Assembly: GCA_038229495.1 (NCBI GenBank)
Contig: JBBROJ010000005.1
Coordinates: 5,771 to 69,770, forward strand
Direction of reading: 5' to 3'
Length of the DNA: 64,000 nucleotides
From: Chthonomonadales bacterium
GTDB lineage: Bacteria; Armatimonadota; Chthonomonadetes; Chthonomonadales; CAJBBX01
Shown: piece after piece, positions 52,116-60,142 of the stretch
Layout of the letters: the number at the start of each line of letters is the position of its first letter
Position numbering within the stretch: the first letter of the stretch is position 1
The notes under the pieces: generated by a model
Database searches by the model: none
What the model saw: only the letters and a program-made list of their open reading frames with translations
What the model was told of the DNA's origin: nothing
Translations under genes and position numbers: made by a program

Positions 52116-53576
52116 ATGATCACGCCCCCCGTCGCGGTGCCCTCGCTCGAAACCGAGCGCCTACTCCTTAAAGAGCTCGTCGCAATCGTCGGGCCGGAAT
52201 CGGTGCTGACCGGACGCTCCGAAATGCGCGCCTACGACTGCGACGCCTACACCGTGGACAAGGCGACTCCCGCCGCCGTCCTTCTTCCCCAGACCACCGA
52301 GCAGGTTTCGCAGATCGTTAAGCTCTGCAACCGACTTCGCGTACCCTTCATTCCACGCGGGGCAGGCACGGGCCTCTCCGGCGGGACCACGGCGGCCTGC
52401 GGCGGGGTAATCATTACCACCGTTCGCATGAACAGCATCCTCAAAATAGATGCGGACAACCGCCGCCTCATCGCGCAGTCGGGCTGCATCAACATCAATC
52501 TGACCAAAGCGGTAAAGGATTTGGGTCTTCACTACGCGCCGGACCCGAGCAGCCAGGGGGCGTGCACCGTGGGCGGAAACGTGGCTGAGAACTCCGGAGG
52601 GCCGCATACCCTGAAGTACGGCGTAACCACCAACCACATCACCGGACTGAAGATGGTGCTGCCCGATGGCGAGATAGTTGAACTTGGCGGCGTAGTAGAG
52701 GGATCGCCCGGCTACGACCTCGTGGGGATCGTCGTCGGTTCGGAGGGCACTTTCGGGATCGTTACGGAGGTCACCGTTCGGCTGACCCCGCTTCCGGAGG
52801 CGTACCGAACCCTGCTGGGCGTGTTCGAGACCATCGACGACTGCACGCAGACGGTCTCCGACATAATCTCCGCCGGCATCCTTCCGGGCGCGCTGGAGAT
52901 GATCGATCAGCTCATCCTCCAGGCCATCGAGGACGCGTTCCACTTCGGTTTCCCACGCGACGCGGCCGCCGTTCTTATCATGGAGCTGGATGGATTCGAA
53001 GCCGGCCTGGACGAGGATGCCGAGCGCGTGCGGGAGATATGCCGCAGGAACAACGCGCGTGAAGTCAGGCTCGCCGCCACCCCCGAAGATCGCGCCCGGC
53101 TATGGGTCGCGCGGAAGAAGGGTATTGGAGCGGCGGGGCGTCTGGCCCCCTCCATTGTTACGCAGGACGGCGTGATTCCGCGCAGCAAGCTCCCCGAAGT
53201 GCTCCGCGAGATAGCGGACATATCGAAGCGTTATAGGATACGAATCTGCAACATCTTTCACGCGGGCGACGGCAACCTGCATCCCTGCATCCTATTTGAC
53301 GAGCGGGACGAAGACGAGCTGAAGCGAGTGGTACAAGCGGGCGAGGAGATATTGAGGCTATGCGTGAGGGTGGGCGGCTCGATTACGGGCGAGCATGGAA
53401 TCGGGATGGAAAAAATAGACGCGATGCCACTGCTCTTTTCAGAGGCGGACATCGCGTTAATGGAGCGGGTGCGGGCCGTTTTCAATACCAACGGGCTCTG
53501 CAATCCCGGAAAACTCTTCCCGACCGCCAAAAGCTGCGTCGAAGTGAAGTGGCGTCCCCGCGCCGCGTACTCTTAA
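52116..53576 (+). CDS. glcD: Glycolate oxidase subunit GlcD (FAD-linked oxidase)
   Basis: 'PFIPRGAGTGLSGG', 'APDPSSQGACTVGGNVAENSGGPH', 'GSITGEHGIGMEK'. It lies in the same locus as the glcE and glcF homologues, separated from them by an opposite-strand gene. Confidence 0.88.
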   Translation: MITPPVAVPSLETERLLLKELVAIVGPESVLTGRSEMRAYDCDAYTVDKATPAAVLLPQTTEQVSQIVKLCNRLRVPFIPRGAGTGLSGGTTAACGGVIITTVRMNSILKIDADNRRLIAQSGCININLTKAVKDLGLHYAPDPSSQGACTVGGNVAENSGGPHTLKYGVTTNHITGLKMVLPDGEIVELGGVVEGSPGYDLVGIVVGSEGTFGIVTEVTVRLTPLPEAYRTLLGVFETIDDCTQTVSDIISAGILPGALEMIDQLILQAIEDAFHFGFPRDAAAVLIMELDGFEAGLDEDAERVREICRRNNAREVRLAATPEDRARLWVARKKGIGAAGRLAPSIVTQDGVIPRSKLPEVLREIADISKRYRIRICNIFHAGDGNLHPCILFDERDEDELKRVVQAGEEILRLCVRVGGSITGEHGIGMEKIDAMPLLFSEADIALMERVRAVFNTNGLCNPGKLFPTAKSCVEVKWRPRAAYS

Positions 53577-53598
53577 CGCATTTATCGTGTCCAGGGCG

Positions 53599-54084
53599 CT
53601 ATAGCGACGACGCCACGATTTGTGTTCCACGCGTTCCACTCCTTCCGTGCGTTAGGCGCTCCTGCAATTTCTTGAGGCCTGCCTGAACGTACTCCGAGCG
53701 GTTCTGGCCGTGGCGGTGAAAGGGACGGATTCTGGAATAGGACGCCTTCGGATAGATTGCCGCATCCGCCGATTGAGGTCGAAGCAGGTTCGGGTTCACG
53801 TGGAGCAACCCGGCAACATAGAGGCAGCAGTAAGCGCCAATCGCGAACCGGGACGCGCAAAGAGTAAATCGCGGCCTGCGGTGACGCGCCCATTCAAGCA
53901 CGACAAGCGGCGCCGCGAGCATTACGAGCTTCATGAGCGCGAACCAAAAGATGCCCTTGTCCAGATAGTGAGAAAATATCGGATTGGCCTCCGCCGCGCC
54001 ATGATATTCCACCCACACAACGGTGGTAACAAGATCCGCAAGTCCAATGACGGCTATGAAAGCACTCTCTTTTGCGAGTTTCAT
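53599..54084 (-). CDS. Small polytopic membrane protein (DUF5658-like)
   Basis: 161 aa. 'FIAVIGLADLVTTVVWVEYHGAAEANP' resembles the DUF5658 'EANP' motif. It sits on the opposite strand between glcD and glcE. Confidence 0.5.
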   Translation of the reverse strand: MKLAKESAFIAVIGLADLVTTVVWVEYHGAAEANPIFSHYLDKGIFWFALMKLVMLAAPLVVLEWARHRRPRFTLCASRFAIGAYCCLYVAGLLHVNPNLLRPQSADAAIYPKASYSRIRPFHRHGQNRSEYVQAGLKKLQERLTHGRSGTRGTQIVASSL

Positions 54085-54380
54085 CGATAATATTTCCGAA
54101 GACAGGAATCAGGCATGACGTCCGCCGCGCCAAAGTATTCAATTGTATAGCAAGTATTTGACAACCGATATGTTACAGAGTTCATTGCGCGAGCGCAGCT
54201 AATCCAGGCATTGGACTGTCGGTAGTGAAAAGCCTTTGAGCTGTAGTGGTATGTTCCACAGTCGCCAGTAAGTTTACAGAAGCTGTTTTGCGCCGGTAGG
54301 CCGGCCAATAAAAAGGCCGCGCCCTGTTCGATTATCGGCGCTTTTAATCCGTCATCACAACACCCATTTCCTGAGCGCCC

Positions 54381-55604
54381 ATGGTTATCCATTCTTCCGG
54401 CCATCCCTCGTATACTCTTGACCTGAAAGAGCCGGACCAACTCTTGGTTCCATCGTCGGAAGAGGAGTGCGTCCGCCTGGTTGAGGAGGCGCGCCGGAAC
54501 GGGGATGTCCTTATCCCGGCAGGCGGCGGAACCGCGCTTTCACATGGGAATCTGCTGCCGGCTTCCCGCCTGGTTGTCGTTTCGACCGCTGGAATGGCGA
54601 ACATGGCCGAATACTCGCCGGACGATATGGTGGTGACGGCGGGCGCGGGCATGACCCTCGCGAATATCCAGAACGAGCTTGCTCGTCATGGGCAGTTCCT
54701 GCCGATCGACCCGCCGCGGCAGGAATCGGCGACATTAGGCGGCATTGTAGCCACCGACGCCGCCGGACTCTGGCGTCCTGCCTACGGCACGCCTCGCGAC
54801 CGCCTACTGGGAGTGCGCGTTGTTTTGAGCAACGGGTCGGTGGTGCGCGGCGGAGGCAAGGTGGTGAAGAACGTCGCGGGCTACGACCTGTGCAAGCTCT
54901 TCGCCGGCTCGTGGGGAACTCTAGGAATTATTACCGAGGTAACCTTCAAGACTAATCCGCTGCCCCCTGTGCGGGCGCATGTCTGTTTTATCTGTTTCAA
55001 TGGCAAGGGAATCGCGGAATCGGTGGCCGCCGCGCTGGAGGTCCATCGCGCACGGCTCCAGCCTGTCTACCTCATGGTGAGCAGCAATCGCTCGGATGAG
55101 CCGAGCATCGCATACGGCCTGCACGGGAGCGAGAAAGCAGTCGCCTGGCAGCGTGAGGCCGCAGCCGCCGTGCTGGGTGAATCCGGCCTGAAAGAATCCG
55201 CTGCCGGCCTATCCGAGAACGATTTGCGAGAGCTAATTGCCGTTTCGCCGGCCCCAGCAAAAATTAGAATTACCGTACGGCCCACCGATCTTGCTGACGT
55301 TTGCGAGCGGCTCGCCGTCTATTCGGACGCCCTCGCCTGCAACGTTCCAAATGGAATCATCGACGTCGCGCTTGCTTTATCTGTTGATTCAACCGAATCG
55401 GAGTTTGCAAGCATCCGCCGCGAGATTGCCAACATCGTTGGAAGCAAGGGGCATATCGTCTGGACTGCCGTGCCGCCTGAATGGAAAAAGGACATGGACG
55501 TATGGGGGACCCCGCGCGGGGACTTCGCCCTGATGCGAGGCGTCAAGCACGCCCTCGACCCGCTCGGCCTCTTCAGTCCCGGCCGATTCCTGGGCCGCCT
55601 GTGA
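54381..55604 (+). CDS. glcE: Glycolate oxidase FAD-binding subunit GlcE
   Basis: 'VLIPAGGGTAL', 'VVTAGAGMTLANIQNELARHGQFLPIDPP', 'VKNVAGYDLCKLFAGSWGTLGIITEVTFK'. Confidence 0.8.
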   Translation: MVIHSSGHPSYTLDLKEPDQLLVPSSEEECVRLVEEARRNGDVLIPAGGGTALSHGNLLPASRLVVVSTAGMANMAEYSPDDMVVTAGAGMTLANIQNELARHGQFLPIDPPRQESATLGGIVATDAAGLWRPAYGTPRDRLLGVRVVLSNGSVVRGGGKVVKNVAGYDLCKLFAGSWGTLGIITEVTFKTNPLPPVRAHVCFICFNGKGIAESVAAALEVHRARLQPVYLMVSSNRSDEPSIAYGLHGSEKAVAWQREAAAAVLGESGLKESAAGLSENDLRELIAVSPAPAKIRITVRPTDLADVCERLAVYSDALACNVPNGIIDVALALSVDSTESEFASIRREIANIVGSKGHIVWTAVPPEWKKDMDVWGTPRGDFALMRGVKHALDPLGLFSPGRFLGRL

Positions 55605-55612
55605 CGCCGCCC

Positions 55613-55674
55613 AACGACCCAACGACCCAACGACATGAACTCCCGAACATCTGAACACCCAAACATCTGAACAC
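55613..55674. repeat. Short tandem repeats: (AACGACCC) x~2.75, then a 13-bp direct repeat 'aacatctgaacac' x2
   Basis: Read directly in the glcE-glcF spacer. The same octamer recurs at 63409-63432. Confidence 0.8.
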
Positions 55675-55685
55675 TAAGGATTCCC

Positions 55686-56978
55686 ATGGATTCCGTCGCC
55701 GAAACTAACGCGCTCAAATGCATCCGCTGCGGATTCTGCCTGGATGCATGCCCCACGTTCCGCCTGACCGGCAACGAAGCCGACTCGCCGCGCGGCCGCA
55801 TCTATTTGATGCGCTCGGTCATGGAGGATGTGATTCCGCTGGACAGCGGCGTCCGCGGCCATCTGGACGCCTGCCTCGGCTGCCGGGCCTGCGAGACCGC
55901 GTGTCCCTCCGGCGTGGAGTACGCGACGATCCTGGAGCATTTCCGCGCGGGCATGGAGGAGCGCGGAGACCGCCCCGCTCCGCAGAGGTTCGCGCGTAAA
56001 CAGCTTCTCAACATGCTCACCAGCCCCGCCCGGCTGGCCGCATCGCTGGTAGGCGCGGGACTAATGGCGAAGCTGACCGGCGACCGCAAGACCATGCCGC
56101 CGCTTGTGGCCGAGCTGCTCACGGGTCGGGCGGACATTCAGGTTACGCTGCCTGCCGTCCCGCAAAATGTTGCAATTGGCAGGCTCCCCGAAGTAAGTCC
56201 GGCTGTGGGCGAGCGCCGTTATCGTGTCGGAGTGCTGGCCGGATGCGTGATGAGGGTGCTGTTCCACGAGACCAATCTTGCCACGGTCCGGGTATTGCAG
56301 CGCAACGGCTGCGAGGTGGCAGCTCCGAAGAGCGCGGGCTGCTGCGGGGCGCTCCATCTTCACAGCGGCTATATGGCCGATGCGAAGCAAAGGGCGCGAG
56401 CGCTGCTGGATGCTTTCAAGGATGCCGAGATGGACGCGTTTGTGGTGAACTCCGCGGGGTGCGGCTCGACGATGAAGGAGTATGGGAAGCTGCTGTCAGA
56501 CGACCCCGTCTACTCCGACCGGGCGCGCGCCTTCGCGGAAAAGGTAAAGGACGTCTCGGAGTTTCTCGTGGAGATCGGATTCGAGCCGCCTTGCGGCGCC
56601 TTTGAAGCGACCGTCGCCTACCACGACGCGTGCCATCTGGCGCATGGGCAGAAGATTACTGCCGCGCCGCGCAAGCTGCTGGCGCAGATTCCGGGGCTAA
56701 AGCTCGTGGATCTGCCCGAATCCGACACCTGCTGCGGCAGCGCCGGAATCTATAACCTCACGCAGCCGGAGATGGCCCGCAGGCTGCTGGAGCGGAAGGT
56801 GGACTTCATCGAGCAGACTGGCGCGTCCGTTGTCGCGACCGGTAACCCCGGCTGTTTGGCCTGGATACAACAGGGCCTCGCCGAACGCGGAAGATCGGTG
56901 GAAGTCCTGCACCCGGTCGAGATATTGGATGCGGCCTACAAAGCAGCGGATCAATCAATGGGTCAACGGGTCAATTAG
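55686..56978 (+). CDS. glcF: Glycolate oxidase iron-sulfur subunit GlcF
   Basis: 'CIRCGFCLDACPTF' and 'CLGCRACETACPSGV' (2x 4Fe-4S), plus two CCG domains ('NSAGCGS', 'GNPGCL'). Confidence 0.9.
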   Translation: MDSVAETNALKCIRCGFCLDACPTFRLTGNEADSPRGRIYLMRSVMEDVIPLDSGVRGHLDACLGCRACETACPSGVEYATILEHFRAGMEERGDRPAPQRFARKQLLNMLTSPARLAASLVGAGLMAKLTGDRKTMPPLVAELLTGRADIQVTLPAVPQNVAIGRLPEVSPAVGERRYRVGVLAGCVMRVLFHETNLATVRVLQRNGCEVAAPKSAGCCGALHLHSGYMADAKQRARALLDAFKDAEMDAFVVNSAGCGSTMKEYGKLLSDDPVYSDRARAFAEKVKDVSEFLVEIGFEPPCGAFEATVAYHDACHLAHGQKITAAPRKLLAQIPGLKLVDLPESDTCCGSAGIYNLTQPEMARRLLERKVDFIEQTGASVVATGNPGCLAWIQQGLAERGRSVEVLHPVEILDAAYKAADQSMGQRVN

Positions 56979-57030
56979 TCAACGGGAAGTCTGTTGATTT
57001 ACTCATTTATTCACTTACCCATTGACCCAC

Positions 57031-58035
57031 TCACTCCTCCTCCAGCGCGCAGAACACCTCCACGATTCGCGGATCCCACTGCTTTCCCGCCCCTTCTCGC
57101 AGCCGTTTCTGAACCTCGTCCTGGGGAAGCGCAGGCTGGTACGCGCGCTCGCTAGTCATAGCATCGAACGCATCGCACACGGCGAGAATGCGCGCGGAGA
57201 GAGGAATCGCGTCTCCGGCAAGATGGTCCGGGTATCCCTTTCCGTCGTAGCGCTCGTGATGGTGGCGAATCGCGTCCACGGTGATTTTCGACAGCGCCAC
57301 CGGTTCGACGATTCGCGCAGACTCCACCGGGTGAGACTTGATCTGGTCGAACTCCAGCGAATCGAGTTTCCCCGGCTTGTTGAGGACTGATTGGTCCACG
57401 CTTACTTTCCCGATGTCGTGGAGCAGGCCGGCGGCGTAGATCGCCTGCACGTCCTCATTCGGCAGCTTGAGCGTGCCGGCCAGATGCGCCGCGCGGAGGG
57501 CGACGCGCTCGCTGTGCGCGCGAGTCTCAGGGTGCTTGGATTCCAGCGTGGCCGCGAGCGCCTGAAGCACTCCTTCAGTCAGCGCCTGATAGCGGTCGGC
57601 GACATGCGCCAGCTTCTGTTCCTGCTGGCGATGGGTCTCCTGATGCGCGAGCGTTTCATGCCGTTTTGTAAGCGCGGCATTCACCCGCTTGGAAAGTTCC
57701 GACAGCATGAAAGGCTTGGTGAGGAAATCGCATGCGCCCGACCGGAGCGCGCGGACTACCATAGGCACGTCGGCGGAGCCGGTGAGGAGTATTACGAATA
57801 CATCGGGGTAGTGGACGCGCACCTGTTCCAGTAGGTCTATCCCGCTCATGCCAGGCATGCGCACGTCGGTTATGAGGAGCGCGGACTCGTCCGCCGCGAG
57901 AAGCTCAAGGGCCTCCAACCCGTTGGAGGCGATTCTACAGGAGAATCCCTGCGCGGTCAGGCTCGTGGATACCAGCTCTGTGATAGCCGGCTCGTCATCG
58001 ACGATAAGAGCCGATCTGCCATAAGGGAACACCAT
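57031..58035 (-). CDS. Response regulator with an HD-GYP phosphodiesterase domain (RpfG-type)
   Basis: 'ALIVDDEP...LLITDVRMPGMSGIDLL' (REC). 'LHDIGK' and 'HHERYDGKGYP' (HD-GYP). The ORF opens at 58092; ATG 58035 is preferred. Confidence 0.85.
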   Translation of the reverse strand: MVFPYGRSALIVDDEPAITELVSTSLTAQGFSCRIASNGLEALELLAADESALLITDVRMPGMSGIDLLEQVRVHYPDVFVILLTGSADVPMVVRALRSGACDFLTKPFMLSELSKRVNAALTKRHETLAHQETHRQQEQKLAHVADRYQALTEGVLQALAATLESKHPETRAHSERVALRAAHLAGTLKLPNEDVQAIYAAGLLHDIGKVSVDQSVLNKPGKLDSLEFDQIKSHPVESARIVEPVALSKITVDAIRHHHERYDGKGYPDHLAGDAIPLSARILAVCDAFDAMTSERAYQPALPQDEVQKRLREGAGKQWDPRIVEVFCALEEE

Positions 58036-58275
58036 GGGCGCCGCCCTTCTGCTCCTCTTCGAGACGTATGTAACGCGGGAGAGTGCGCACATTCACGCAT
58101 GAGAATGCGGTCACCCATGATAACATAACGAGCGGGTGGAAGCAATCATTTCTTACGGGATTTCGATTAAAAACGCGCCTGCGCTCGAAAAACGCGGACC
58201 ATTTCAATGTCGCGCGGTTCTTGGGGCCGTCATGCGATATAATAAGAAGGTCAGAAAGGGAGCGATTCCAGAGTC

Positions 58276-59811
58276 ATGATAACCGCCGATCCGAATATTG
58301 CGATTGCCGAGATTGATACCGGGCCGAGTCCAAAGCTCGGCTATAAGATAATGACTTGGGGATGCCAGATGAACGAGGAAGACTCGGAACAGATGGCGCT
58401 CTGCCTCGAAGTGATGGGCTACGAGCCCGTCGAGGACCCCGCCCACGCCGATGTCATCCTCCTGAATACGTGCTCCGTGCGCCAGAAGCCGGAGCAGAAG
58501 GTCTACAGCAAGCTGGGCGAGCTTCGCGAGCTGAAGCTTGCGAGGCCCGAAATGGTTATCGGCGTCTGCGGCTGCATGGCGCAGGTCGAAAGCGCGCAGA
58601 TCAAGAAACGCGCTCCCTTTGTCGATCTCGTAGTCGGAACGGCCAACATCGCCGCCATTCCCGGCCTGATCCGGTCCGCCCAGGCGCGGCGGCCTGCGGG
58701 TTTTCCCCGCCCCACGCCTCATGCCTCACGCCTCGCGCCTCACGCCTCATGCCTCGCGCCTAACGCCTCACGCCTCGCGCCTAACGCCTCATGCCTCACG
58801 CCTCACGCCTCACGCCTCGCGCCTCTCAGCGCGCTCGACCTGCCGCCGCGCAAGGGAGCCGTCGTTACAGACGTTCCACTCCGCAGTATCCTCCGCAAGC
58901 CGAAGCTCAAGGCACACGTGCCGATCATGTATGGCTGCGACAAGTTCTGCACCTTCTGCATCGTCCCTTACACGCGAGGCCGGGAGCGGAGCCGTCCGAC
59001 CCAGGAGATATTGAACGAGATTCGCGGTCTCGCGCTCGGCGGGACGAGAGAGGTCACCCTTCTCGGGCAGACGGTCAACTCTTACGGCAAGAACATGGCT
59101 GAGGGAAAGGTCCCCTTTGCGCAGCTTCTGGAGCAGATCAGCGAGATTCGGGGCATACAGCGGATTCGATACACGTCTCCCTATCCACGCGATTTTACCG
59201 ACGATCTGATTGAGACCCTCGCGCGCCTTCCCAAGGTCTGCGAGCACGTCCATCTGCCGCTCCAGGTAGCCGACGACGATCTGCTGCTGCGGATGCACCG
59301 CGGCTATACGGTCGCCCGCTACCGCGAGATTGTAGACAAGCTCCGTTCGGCCATTCCCGGCATCGCCATCACGACCGACATCATGCTGGGGTTTCCGGGC
59401 GAGACCGACGAGCAGTTTCGGAACACGATGCGGTTTGTGGAGGAGACTCGATTCGACTCCGCCTTCATGTTCGCCTACTCAATCCGACCCGGCACGAAGG
59501 CCGCCGACATGGACGACCAGGTCCCGCACGAGGTGAAGATTGACAGATTGAGCCGGCTGGTAATCCTTCAGAACGGAATCACCCTCGATATGAATCGCGC
59601 GAAGGTCGGCGAGGTGGTGGAGGTTCTTGTCGAGGGCCGCAGCCAGAAGGATGAGTCGAGGTTGGCCGGCCAGACCCGCACGCTGAAGATGGTCAACTTC
59701 ACCGTCCCCGAAGATAGTCCCAGATCTGCCGATTCTCTAATCGGCAAGCTGGTCCCCGTGCGCGTCACCCAGGGCCATCTGACGGGATACACGGGCGAAT
59801 ACGCAGGTTAA
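58276..59811 (+). CDS. miaB: tRNA-i6A37 methylthiotransferase MiaB
   Basis: 'IMTWGCQMNEEDSE', 'LLNTCSVRQKPEQK', 'GCMAQ' (MTTase N domain). 'YGCDKFCTFCIVPYTRGRERSR' (radical SAM). C-terminal TRAM domain. The heptamer repeat sits in the inter-domain linker. Confidence 0.9.
   Translation: MITADPNIAIAEIDTGPSPKLGYKIMTWGCQMNEEDSEQMALCLEVMGYEPVEDPAHADVILLNTCSVRQKPEQKVYSKLGELRELKLARPEMVIGVCGCMAQVESAQIKKRAPFVDLVVGTANIAAIPGLIRSAQARRPAGFPRPTPHASRLAPHASCLAPNASRLAPNASCLTPHASRLAPLSALDLPPRKGAVVTDVPLRSILRKPKLKAHVPIMYGCDKFCTFCIVPYTRGRERSRPTQEILNEIRGLALGGTREVTLLGQTVNSYGKNMAEGKVPFAQLLEQISEIRGIQRIRYTSPYPRDFTDDLIETLARLPKVCEHVHLPLQVADDDLLLRMHRGYTVARYREIVDKLRSAIPGIAITTDIMLGFPGETDEQFRNTMRFVEETRFDSAFMFAYSIRPGTKAADMDDQVPHEVKIDRLSRLVILQNGITLDMNRAKVGEVVEVLVEGRSQKDESRLAGQTRTLKMVNFTVPEDSPRSADSLIGKLVPVRVTQGHLTGYTGEYAG
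58713..58824. repeat. Tandem heptamer (CACGCCT and CATGCCT/CGCGCCT/AACGCCT variants) x16, in frame inside miaB
   Basis: Sixteen consecutive 7-bp units read directly, encoding 'PHASRLAPHASCLAPNASRLAPNASCLTPHASRLAP'. Confidence 0.95.
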
Positions 59812-59850
59812 GCACTGACAATGGACCTCTTGCATGTGGCACGTCGCGCC

Positions 59851-59878
59851 AGCGAACAAGTGAATGAATTCACTCGCT
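59851..59878. repeat. REP-like hairpin, copy C (degenerate)
   Basis: 'agcgaacaagtgaatgaattcactcgct' shares the core with copies A and B. An upstream 'tggacctcttgcat' parallels 'tggacctctcgcat' 30 nt before copy B. Confidence 0.4.
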
Positions 59879-60142
59879 ATCTCAGGCGCTCGAAACAGCG
59901 CCGCACCCGAGAACTCCGGGCGGACAAACCGCCAAACGCCCTCACGGGCGGGACAATATTGATCTGAAACCATCTTGAACGGCTTTACCGTCCGGAGGAC
60001 GTTTGGCCATAGGCCCCCCAAGACACGCGTTTTACACGCGTGGACCCGGCAGCGGGTCAACCGGTTCACCGGGTTTCGTCTCGCAGGCCGGCGATTTATC
60101 GCCGGATGACGATACATTCAATTTATCTGGAGCAATCAGCGA

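Noticed and set aside
52161-52943. 260-aa minus-strand ORF antisense to glcD; also 30158-31123 (+) antisense to the TlpA-like gene and 45126-45863 (+) antisense to a CRTAC1 gene
   Set aside because: In each case the opposite strand has strong family motifs, so these are shadow ORFs.
54085-54380. Minus-strand ORFs 54081-54440 and 54344-54652 around the glcE start
   Set aside because: They have no motifs, they overlap the well-supported glcE start, and they are likely spurious.
58721-59102. ORFs beginning 'MPHASRLTPHASRLTP...' (58721-59014, 58791-59102) and the analogous 27416-27670 and 27433-27624
   Set aside because: They are the alternative reading frames of the heptamer arrays inside miaB and the glycerate kinase gene, not independent genes.
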